From: Planctomycetota bacterium
GTDB taxonomy: Bacteria; Planctomycetota; B15-G4; JADJEK01
Reading direction: 5' to 3'
Assembly (NCBI GenBank): GCA_044225365.1
Contig: JBGAIQ010000013.1
Coordinates: 1-64,000, forward strand
Length of the DNA stretch: 64,000 nt
Made by a program: the position numbers and the translations under genes. Numbering within the stretch: position 1 is the stretch's first letter; the number at the start of each line of letters is the position of its first letter. Below the pieces are notes generated by a model. That model was not told the origin of the DNA, made no database searches, and saw nothing but the letters and a program-made list of their open reading frames with translations. Shown one piece after another: positions 10,634 through 18,091 of the stretch.

Positions 10634-11517
10634 AAGGGCGTCGGAAGCAGGCGGCTTCGAATCCGTCGATCGCCCCGCCGATCGGCCTCTCGCAATTTCA
10701 GAACTGGATGCAGGCGATCATTCAGCATCCCCTCGGCCCCGCGGTGGCCGCGAAGAGCGACGCTATGCGCTGGATCGAGCTTCCTTCGAATGACATCGAA
10801 CGAGTGGTGCTCCCGTCGAAAACGCTCACCGGGCTCGAGCGCATCTCGATCTACGCGGAGATGTACGCCGCACGACTCGTGGATTGCCTGCAGAACGACT
10901 TCCCTGCGCTCGCTCACGCACTCGGCGCCGACGCTCACCCGTTCTTCCATCGCTTCGTCGCCGCGCGACCCTCGACGAGCTGGACGCTGAATCGGCTGGG
11001 TGCCCCGTTGCCGGGCTACCTACGCGAGCATGTTCAGGCCTACGACAACGGCGAGTTCCTCGCCGAACTGGCGACTCTCGAGCGCGCGGTGGAGGAGGCG
11101 TTCGACGCGAGCCGGGCGACGACACTCACGCCGAAGTCACTGCGCTCGATCCCGCCATCGAAGTGGGGGGAGATTCGTTTCGCGTTCTCGCCGGCGTTCT
11201 CCCTTCACGCATTCGCCTACCCGGTGAACCGCTACTACGATTCGTTCCGCAATGCACGTCCGATCGCGATACCCCGCAAGAAATCGACCTGGATCGCGAT
11301 CACACGACCTCAGTATCAAGTCTTCCGCCATCCCCTGTCGCGCCTCCAGCACGCCTTGCTGACGGCGCTGCATGAGGACAGGCTCCACCTCGGCGACGCC
11401 GTCGAACGCCTCGCGAGGAACAAAGACCGCGAAGTCGAGAAAGCGCTCGGATCGATCGGAGACTGGTTCGAGACGTGGACACGCGCGGGGTTCTTCCGGG
11501 CCGCACGCGCATCCTGA
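10630..11517 (+). CDS. MNIO partner protein (DUF2063, BufC/HvfC-like)
   Basis: ERISIYAEMYAARLVDCLQNDFP and LAELATLE motifs. ATGA-coupled to DUF692. Confidence 0.85.
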   Translation: MKGRRKQAASNPSIAPPIGLSQFQNWMQAIIQHPLGPAVAAKSDAMRWIELPSNDIERVVLPSKTLTGLERISIYAEMYAARLVDCLQNDFPALAHALGADAHPFFHRFVAARPSTSWTLNRLGAPLPGYLREHVQAYDNGEFLAELATLERAVEEAFDASRATTLTPKSLRSIPPSKWGEIRFAFSPAFSLHAFAYPVNRYYDSFRNARPIAIPRKKSTWIAITRPQYQVFRHPLSRLQHALLTALHEDRLHLGDAVERLARNKDREVEKALGSIGDWFETWTRAGFFRAARAS

Positions 11518-11563
11518 GCAGGCTCGGATCTCGGAATCGTGCCAACCGCGAGGACAGCACGAT

Positions 11564-11651
11564 CGGACCGCCGGGCTCTGCCCGGCATCTTCTTGAAGCC
11601 GCCCGGCCGGACCGCCGGGCTCTGCCCGGCATCTTCTTGAAGCCGCCCGGC
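11564..11651. repeat. Perfect 44-bp tandem duplication containing REP-like hairpin GGACCGCCGGGCTCTGCCCGGC
   Basis: 11564-11607 and 11608-11651 both read CGGACCGCCGGGCTCTGCCCGGCATCTTCTTGAAGCCGCCCGGC. Confidence 0.92.
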
Positions 11652-12358
11652 ATCGTCGGGAACGTGCCACCGTGGGTCGGACAACACGTCGGGCGCGCCC
11701 GGGGAGCTCCGTTCGACTCCGCGCGCGGAGTACCGCGCATGCTGCGCGAACGGACTCCCCGATGCGCTTATGTCCTTTCGAGGGGAAAGGTCGTGGAGGC
11801 CCACTTTGAAATGGATCGAGGCGCCTTGGCTGGAGTGCCGCGGACGGCACCCCAGCCAAGGCTTTCCCCACGTGTCTTCGCGACGAACCCTATGGGGTAG
11901 GTAGGAACGCGGTCACCTTGCGCGCCCGTAGCACGGACATCTTTGAATTCGGCCCAGTTAGCGGGATCTACCCTTTCGTCGGCGTGCATGGGAACGCGTC
12001 GATATGGGTCGGACCGCCGGGCTCTGCCCGGCATTTTCTTGAGATCGCCCGGGATCTTTAGGAACGTGCCACCGTGGGCAGGACATCGCGTCGGACTCCC
12101 CGATGCGCTTCTGTCCCTTCGAGGGGAAGGGGCAGGGGCCCACTTTGAAATGGATCGAGGCGCATTGGCTGGAGTGCCGCGGACGGCACCCCAGCCAATG
12201 CTCTCACTACCTTTCTTCGCGACGAACCCCCACGAACTGGGAGGGTAGGTAGGAACGCGGTCACCTTTCGCGCCCGTAGCACCGTCATCTTCGAAGGCGG
12301 CCCAGTTCGCGGGGTCTACCCTTTCGTCGGCGTGCATGGGAACGCGTCGATATGGGTC
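11609..12358. repeat. Two tandem multi-hairpin units (402 and 348 bp) delimited by REP-like GGACCGCCGGGC motifs
   Basis: Units 11609-12010 and 12011-12358 share long blocks such as CCCACTTTGAAATGGATCGAGGCGC, GGTAGGTAGGAACGCGGTCACCTT and CTACCCTTTCGTCGGCGTGCATGGGAACGCGTCGATATGGGTC. Confidence 0.92.
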
Positions 12359-12370
12359 GGACCGCCGGGC

Positions 12371-14398
12371 GTGCGCCGGGCAAAGCTCGGGCAAGGAGGA
12401 TCGAGACATGTAATCGTGAAACCTTGCATTGGATCCCCGCGGGTCGCAGCCCGCCCGGCATTAGAGGGTCGCTGGCCGGAACCGAGTGATGCGCGAGACG
12501 GAGGCGACTCCGGCCGCGAAGCGTTCACAGGAAGCATGCAGGCCCAGTATGGAGCTCCGAAATGTCCCTCGCGAGAGCCGACATCGTGCCTAGAACTGGA
12601 AGGCCACTGTCACGCATCGAACGACCAACGCGGTGCGTGGTCTCGCCGGAGTCAGAGACCTGGGCATGTAGGCAGGGGGATCCCCGGGAACCCGGGAGAT
12701 CTGACCATCTCCGATCCACTCGCGGTTGGTGGAAGCCGCGTACCAAAATCCAGGCCGAGCGACGCGCGACCCGCCGTCTCGGAACGAAAACAGGCTCGCA
12801 ATCGGTACCGCCGAACGAAGCATTGCGAAGTGAAGCGGGACGGATGGTCAGAAGTCAGAGTGACGCATATGACCGATGAAGCGGGGGAATCGAACCCGAG
12901 AGACCCCGTGGAGGAAAGGCGGCACCGGGATCAGGCAGCGGCGAACGGCAACACGAACGGAACACCGAGTCCGCAAAGCGTGTCTACGAAACTTCGCCGC
13001 ATCGCGGAGTTGGCGAGGCAAGTGCGTGGGGTGGCGCTCACGACCCTGTCGCACCATATCGACGTGGAGTTTCTGAAGCGTGCAGTGGATCAAACTCGCC
13101 GCGATGGCGCGGTGGGTGTCGACAAGATGACGGCCGACGAATACGAGAAGGACCTTTCGTCCAACTTGGAGTCGTTGCTCGGCCGATTCAAGACCGGCAC
13201 CTACTTCGCACCACCGGTGCGGCGAACACTGATCCCGAAGGGCGATGGCAAGAAGACTCGGCCCATCGGCATCCCGACGTACGAGGACAAAATCCTCCAG
13301 CGTGCCTTGCTGATGTTGCTTCAGGCGGTGTACGAGCAGGAGTTTCACGACTTCAGCTACGGCTTCCGCCCGAGTCGTTCGGCCCATCAAGCCGCTCAGC
13401 ACGTGCGAAGAGCGATCATGGAGATACGGAGCGGCTGGGTCTTGGAAGTCGATATCCGGAGTTTCTTCGACTCTCTGGATCACGGCCATCTGCGCAGTTT
13501 CCTCGACCAACGGGTCCGAGACGGTGTGCTGCGCCGACAGATCGACAAGTGGTTGAAAGCAGGAGTCCTCGACGATGGTCAGGTGAAGTACCCGACCACG
13601 GGATCGCCTCAGGGCGGCGTGATCTCGCCGCTGCTGGCGAACGTCTATCTCCACCACGTGCTGGACGAATGGTTCGTCAAGACGGTGAAGCCGCTCATGC
13701 GCGGCAAGGTGGAGTTGGTGCGATATGCGGACGACTTCGTCTTCGTGTTCGAACATGAGACGGATGCGCGCCGCATCCTGGCCGTGCTGCCGAAGCGATT
13801 CGGCAAGTACGGCCTCGCGCTGCACCCCGACAAGACCCGGTTGCTGCCGTTTCGTCAGCCGCCCTTTGGCGGTTGGCCTGATACCGGCGACCCAGCCTGG
13901 ACGGGTGCGGCTCATCCGCCGCGGACGTTTGATTTCCTGGGATTCACGTTTGCCTGGACACTCACGCGTCGAGGCGGTCACGCGGTGTTTCTCTACACCG
14001 CGAAGGACCGCCTGCGCCGGACAGTGAAGGGCATTCATCGGTGGCTCCGAGATTCACGCCACTTACCGATCGAAGAGCAGCACGCGACGCTGTGTCAGAA
14101 ACTGCGCGGCCACATGGAGTACTTCGGCGTCACCGGCAACATTCGCCGGCTGCAGGTCGTCGTACGCTGGGCCGAGCGATCCTGGCATCAGTGGCTCAAT
14201 CGCCGCTCGCAGCGCAAGACGATGACGTGGGCACGATTCCATCGAGTCCTCCTGCGGTTCCCATTGCCTCGCGCGGAGATTGTCCACTCGGTCTACCGTC
14301 CCGGCGCGAGCTCCTGATCGCGAAGAGCCGGATGCTGGAAATCGGCACGTCCGGATCTGAGGGGGGCCGGGGCGGAACGCCGCCCTGGTCTACCCGAT
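12371..14398 (+). mobile_element. Group II intron (2028 nt), apparently intact, IEP without endonuclease domain
   Basis: 5' GTGCG at 12371. DIII-like ACCGATGAAGCGGGGGAA...GACCCCGTGGAGGAAAGG at ~12871-12920. Domain V GAGCCGGATGCTGGAAATCGGCACGTCCGGATC at 14325-14357 (AGC triad). Domain VI has a bulged A at 14392 and ends ACCCGAT at 14398. Removing the intron restores a perfect inverted repeat. Confidence 0.93.
12980..14317 (+). CDS. ltrA: Group II intron reverse transcriptase/maturase
   Basis: AVGVD, RPIGIPTYEDKILQRA, SYGFRPSRSAHQA, VDIRSFFD, GSPQGGVISPLLANVYLH, RYADD, FDFLGF and maturase X (LRGHMEYFG). No HNH tail. Probable GTG start at 12980 (VSTKLRRIAELA). Confidence 0.95.
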   Translation: MSTKLRRIAELARQVRGVALTTLSHHIDVEFLKRAVDQTRRDGAVGVDKMTADEYEKDLSSNLESLLGRFKTGTYFAPPVRRTLIPKGDGKKTRPIGIPTYEDKILQRALLMLLQAVYEQEFHDFSYGFRPSRSAHQAAQHVRRAIMEIRSGWVLEVDIRSFFDSLDHGHLRSFLDQRVRDGVLRRQIDKWLKAGVLDDGQVKYPTTGSPQGGVISPLLANVYLHHVLDEWFVKTVKPLMRGKVELVRYADDFVFVFEHETDARRILAVLPKRFGKYGLALHPDKTRLLPFRQPPFGGWPDTGDPAWTGAAHPPRTFDFLGFTFAWTLTRRGGHAVFLYTAKDRLRRTVKGIHRWLRDSRHLPIEEQHATLCQKLRGHMEYFGVTGNIRRLQVVVRWAERSWHQWLNRRSQRKTMTWARFHRVLLRFPLPRAEIVHSVYRPGASS

Positions 14399-14455
14399 TC
14401 CAGCCCGGCTCTTCTCCTGCGATACGACCGGAGCCGGGCTGGAGCCCGGCGGTCC
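14399..14455. repeat. 3' part of a REP-doublet inverted repeat split by the intron
   Basis: 12359-12370 joined to 14399-14410 gives GGACCGCCGGGCTCCAGCCCGGCT, the exact reverse complement of 14432-14455 AGCCGGGCTGGAGCCCGGCGGTCC. Spacer is 21 nt. Confidence 0.9.
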
Positions 14456-14577
14456 CCCTCTTTCGAGATCCCTGATTCGTTTCCGCGAACGTCCGGAGCC
14501 TTGCCGGTCGATAATCCGTGGGGCATGCAGGAGCCGCCCCTTCTGCCCGCCGACCGGATCTCGAAAGCCGACTCGTC

Positions 14578-15324
14578 ATGAACACTCCCTTCCTCACTGC
14601 CGCGTGGAAGAACCTCGTCATGTTCAATTACGAGGTGGATCCCGTCGCGCTGCGCGCGCGACTGCCCCATGGCGTCGAGCTCGACACGTTCGAGGGCCGG
14701 CACTTCATCAGTGTCGTCGGCTTCCAGTTCGTGGGGACGAAAGTCCTCGGGTACGAAGTGCCGCTGCACCGGGATTTCCCTGAGGTGAACCTCCGTTTCT
14801 ACGTTCGTCGCAAGCTGGGCGGCGAATGGCGGCGCGGCGTCGTCTTCATCCGTGAGCTGGTTCCCCGCGCCGCGATCGCCATCGTCGCGCGCGTCGTCTA
14901 CAACGAACCCTATCGATCGCTGCCGATGACGAGCGACGTCGTCCTGCCCGTGAACGGCGGCAGGGGCCACGCCGATTACCGATGGCGCGCGGCGGGCGTC
15001 GAGCATGGCGTGCGCATCGAATTCGAGGGCGAGCCGCAGCCGATTGCGACGGGCTCCGAGATCGAGTTCATCACCGAGCATTATTATGGCTACGGCTCCA
15101 CGCACGACGATGCCACGCTCGAATACCGCGTCGAGCACCCGACCTGGCGCGCGTGGGCCGCGAAGAAGTTCGAAGCGATCGGCGATCTCGGCGCGTTCTA
15201 CAACGGCGTGTTCACGGACGTTCTGCGCGGAAAGCCGCACTCCACGTTCGTCGCCGAAGGCTCGCCGGTGAGCGTCTACAAACCGACGCGACTGGAAGAG
15301 TCCGTGGTGCCCGCGGCGAGGTGA
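14578..15324 (+). CDS. DUF2071/YqjF family protein
   Basis: FLTAAWKNLVMFNYEVDP, FPEVNLRFYV, GVVFIRELVP, FITEHYYGY, YRVEHPTW, FVAEGS. Confidence 0.88.
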   Translation: MNTPFLTAAWKNLVMFNYEVDPVALRARLPHGVELDTFEGRHFISVVGFQFVGTKVLGYEVPLHRDFPEVNLRFYVRRKLGGEWRRGVVFIRELVPRAAIAIVARVVYNEPYRSLPMTSDVVLPVNGGRGHADYRWRAAGVEHGVRIEFEGEPQPIATGSEIEFITEHYYGYGSTHDDATLEYRVEHPTWRAWAAKKFEAIGDLGAFYNGVFTDVLRGKPHSTFVAEGSPVSVYKPTRLEESVVPAAR

Positions 15325-15613
15325 ACAGGGGGAAGCGTCTCATTAGCGCTCATGCTGATCGGCATCCGGCGCTTGATTCGCAGTAGGGAATCGCACGCGG
15401 TGGGGATGGAATGAGAAGCGGCTGGGCTCGAGCGCAGTACGGCGAGGCTCTGCATGATGACGAGCCTCCCGGCCGAGTCTGAACTTGGTTGTCTCCATGT
15501 TCGTTGGCACGAACCAGAAGATCAACCGAGCCTCCTAGGCGGGGTGCCCGTCAGAGCTCGCGGAGGGGCGAAGGCCGGATTCGCGATTCACATTACGAAG
15601 TGAGACTACCTCC

Positions 15614-15958
15614 GTGCGATCGAAGCCACGCTCGAAATGGAATCTGGGCCTTGTCGTGGGACTGCTGATCCTGGCCTGCGGGCAGAATGATGAGAACCCT
15701 CCCCCCGCGACTCCGCCCGCCACGATCGAGGAATTCAGCGAGGGGCCGGAAGGGTGCGGGGACTTCGTCGTGGTTCGCGCGAACCGCACCGCCGACCGCC
15801 ACATCTCCGCGAACGTCGGTCTCGAGGCGATCAAGGACGCCGTCGGTCCCTGGGACTTTGTCAGCGAAACAGTCCATCCCGCCACCGGTCCGGGGAAAGC
15901 CATCGGACCTGGGAATCCTCGGCCGCATCCACCGCGCCAAGCGACACCCGAGACTTGA
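15614..15958 (+). CDS. Putative small lipoprotein, possibly truncated
   Basis: Basic N-terminus, hydrophobic stretch and LILA-C lipobox. The 3' end overlaps a convergent gene by ~98 nt and becomes low-complexity. Confidence 0.35.
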   Translation: MRSKPRSKWNLGLVVGLLILACGQNDENPPPATPPATIEEFSEGPEGCGDFVVVRANRTADRHISANVGLEAIKDAVGPWDFVSETVHPATGPGKAIGPGNPRPHPPRQATPET

Positions 15959-16340
15959 CGTTCGCGTCGATCTCGGAAAAGGAATGCGCCTCGATGCCGA
16001 TTTCAGCACCGATCCGATTGTTGTGACGATCCATGAGGTCCGAGTCCTTCTCGCCCCGTTCCAAGATCCAGGTCGCCAAATCCACGGCGCGGGGACCGAG
16101 TGTGTAGCTCACGACCGCGCTTGCGAGCGTATGGCGATACGCATCCAACGGTCCGTTGCGGCCACCGGGCAGACTCGAGCGCGCCACTTGGATCCACGTG
16201 AACGCGAGCACGAACGCGGGATACGCCGCCGCAAGGGCGATCACGAGGATCCATGCCTTGCGCCGGCGTCGACTACCCAAACGCGTGCTTCTTGGTTTGG
16301 AATCCTGGAGCGTGTCGAGATCCAAGCGAGACGCCAGCAT
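15861..16340 (-). CDS. Membrane-anchored DUF6973-like protein
   Basis: N-terminal TM helix followed by DAYRH...MDRHNNRIG. Start uncertain (ATG 16340 or TTG 16280). Confidence 0.65.
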   Translation of the reverse strand: MLASRLDLDTLQDSKPRSTRLGSRRRRKAWILVIALAAAYPAFVLAFTWIQVARSSLPGGRNGPLDAYRHTLASAVVSYTLGPRAVDLATWILERGEKDSDLMDRHNNRIGAEIGIEAHSFSEIDANVKSRVSLGAVDAAEDSQVRWLSPDRWRDGLFR

Positions 16341-16488
16341 GCTGACGGAAGAAGGTGGAAGGATCAAAAGTAACCGAGCGCAGCGGCCAGTGGGGAAACA
16401 CATTCCCGTTCGACGGCGCGAAGCCGAAAGATCCATCACCGCGACGGGAGCGGCGTATCACGGGCGCCGCGCGTTCGTGGGACTCGTC

Positions 16489-18003
16489 GTGATTCAACAA
16501 CTTCGGAAGGCTCGCGACCGCGCGTCGCGGCGCTCTTCGGTGCGGTCGTTCCTCGTCGTCATCGTGTCGGCGCCCCTGACGATGGCCATGGCGCAGTCAG
16601 AAGCGGCGCCGCGCGCGTGGCTCGGGCATTGGAAGGGAGTCGCCACCAGCGAGGTGGATTCCATCGAGGCCTTCGTCGATTTCGTCGCCGACGAGAAGGA
16701 CCCGAGTGCGGTCGATGCCGTCTTCCACCTTCCCGTGACGCACATCCGAGACCTCGCGCTCGGGAAGATCTCGCTCGATGCGAAGACGCACGACTTCGTC
16801 GCGTCGGGTTTTCGCTTCACACCGCTCGGTAGCGATGCGATCGATGCGACGTTCCACTTCGGGGATCGCGATCTCGCGATGCACTTCGTCCGCGCGGACG
16901 GCGCTCCGCCCGAGGAGGCGCCCCACGGAACGTCGCGCGAGGTTGCGCCGCGCTGGACGTTCGAGGCGAAATCAACCATCTTCGCGACCTGCGCGATCGG
17001 CAATGGACTCGTCGTCGTGGGAGACACCGACGGCGTCGTCCACGCACTCTCGATCGAGAAGGGTGAGGAGCGCTGGAAGTACGATACCGGCGACGCGATC
17101 TACGCACGCGCCGCCGTGACGACCGATCGCGTGTTCGTGCCCGACGACGACGGCACCCTCTTCGCGCTCGACGCGAAGAACGGCGCGCTCGTGTGGAAGA
17201 CGGAGATCGGCTCGACCGTCATCCGCCGCGAGCCGCCCGGACCCACTTCGAAACGGTTCGACACCTTCGGGTCCGGCCCGGTCGTCGTCGACGGGACTCT
17301 ATACGTCGGGGGCAGCGACGGCACGCTGCGCGCGCTGACCGTCGCCGACGGTCACGAGATCTGGTCGTTCAAGGCCAAGGACGCCGTGCATTCGAGCCCG
17401 GCCTTCGCCGACGGCCGCGTCTTCTTCGGAAGCTACGACGGCGCGATCTACGCGGTGAATGCGAAGGATGGCTCGCTGGCGTGGAAGGTCGAGTCGACGC
17501 TGCCGATCACGAGTTCGCCCACGGTGACGGACGGCACCGTCTACATCGGCGGCCGCGACGCCAATTTCTCCGCGCTCGATGCAGCGACCGGCGCGTTGCG
17601 GTGGCGTCGATACTGCTGGCTCTCCTGGGTCGAGTCCTCGGCGACGATCGAGGGCGACACCGTGTACATCGGCTCGTCCGACAATCAACGACTGCTCGCG
17701 CTCGACACCTCGACCGGCGTCACGAAGTGGTCGTTCCTCGCGCACGGCTGGGCGTGGACCACGCCCGCCATCCACGGCGATCGCGTGTTCCTCGGCACGG
17801 AGGGCTCTGGTCCGCCGGTCCTGCACCTCGGCGCGTTCTTCGCGCTCGATCGCGTGACGGGCAAGGAACTGTGGCATGCGTCCTGCGCGCCAATCGACGG
17901 CGCCTATCTCTACGGATACGTGTCGTCGCCCGTCGTCGCGGGCGACCGCGTCGTCATCGCGGGCCTCGACGGAATCGTCCGCTGCTTCGCCGCCGACGAT
18001 TGA
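16489..18003 (+). CDS. Exported PQQ-like (BamB-type) beta-propeller repeat protein
   Basis: Signal-like AMA-Q and repeated A[LV]D..[TN]G...W units with SSP/V.DG.VY.GS.DG. Start uncertain (GTG 16489 or 16540). Confidence 0.88.
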   Translation: MIQQLRKARDRASRRSSVRSFLVVIVSAPLTMAMAQSEAAPRAWLGHWKGVATSEVDSIEAFVDFVADEKDPSAVDAVFHLPVTHIRDLALGKISLDAKTHDFVASGFRFTPLGSDAIDATFHFGDRDLAMHFVRADGAPPEEAPHGTSREVAPRWTFEAKSTIFATCAIGNGLVVVGDTDGVVHALSIEKGEERWKYDTGDAIYARAAVTTDRVFVPDDDGTLFALDAKNGALVWKTEIGSTVIRREPPGPTSKRFDTFGSGPVVVDGTLYVGGSDGTLRALTVADGHEIWSFKAKDAVHSSPAFADGRVFFGSYDGAIYAVNAKDGSLAWKVESTLPITSSPTVTDGTVYIGGRDANFSALDAATGALRWRRYCWLSWVESSATIEGDTVYIGSSDNQRLLALDTSTGVTKWSFLAHGWAWTTPAIHGDRVFLGTEGSGPPVLHLGAFFALDRVTGKELWHASCAPIDGAYLYGYVSSPVVAGDRVVIAGLDGIVRCFAADD

Positions 18004-18017
18004 CTCGGCGTGCAAGC

Positions 18018-18063
18018 GACGGACCCGGATCGCGAAACTCTCGGTTCGCGATCCGGGTCCGTC
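18018..18063. terminator. 19-bp perfect inverted repeat between convergent genes (likely bidirectional terminator)
   Basis: GACGGACCCGGATCGCGAA-8 nt-TTCGCGATCCGGGTCCGTC. No U-tract. Confidence 0.6.
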
Positions 18064-18091
18064 CGATGACGCTCCGTTCAGCGGCCCTGGC

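Noticed and set aside
11609-12358. Tandem units as hammerhead retrozyme
   Set aside because: No CUGANGA...GAAA core is visible on either strand. Other ribozyme classes cannot be excluded by eye.
11564-12370. Repeats next to a reverse transcriptase as a CRISPR array, retron msr-msd or DGR template
   Set aside because: No constant repeat/unique spacer periodicity and no cas genes. The RT has group II intron domains V/VI and a maturase domain, and there is no adenine-specific TR/VR mismatch pattern.
11137-12409. Repetitive ORFs over the tandem repeats (e.g. 11768..12409 -, 11475..11900 +)
   Set aside because: They are translations of palindromic repeats, with indels between units and no recognisable protein motifs.
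12332-12979. N-terminal 216 aa of the 661-aa RT ORF
   Set aside because: This is the ribozyme scaffold (domains I-III) read through by chance. RT-like sequence starts near GTG 12980.
15343-15525. 60-aa minus-strand ORF
   Set aside because: Short, no RBS or motif. It may be a gene remnant, but I cannot support that.
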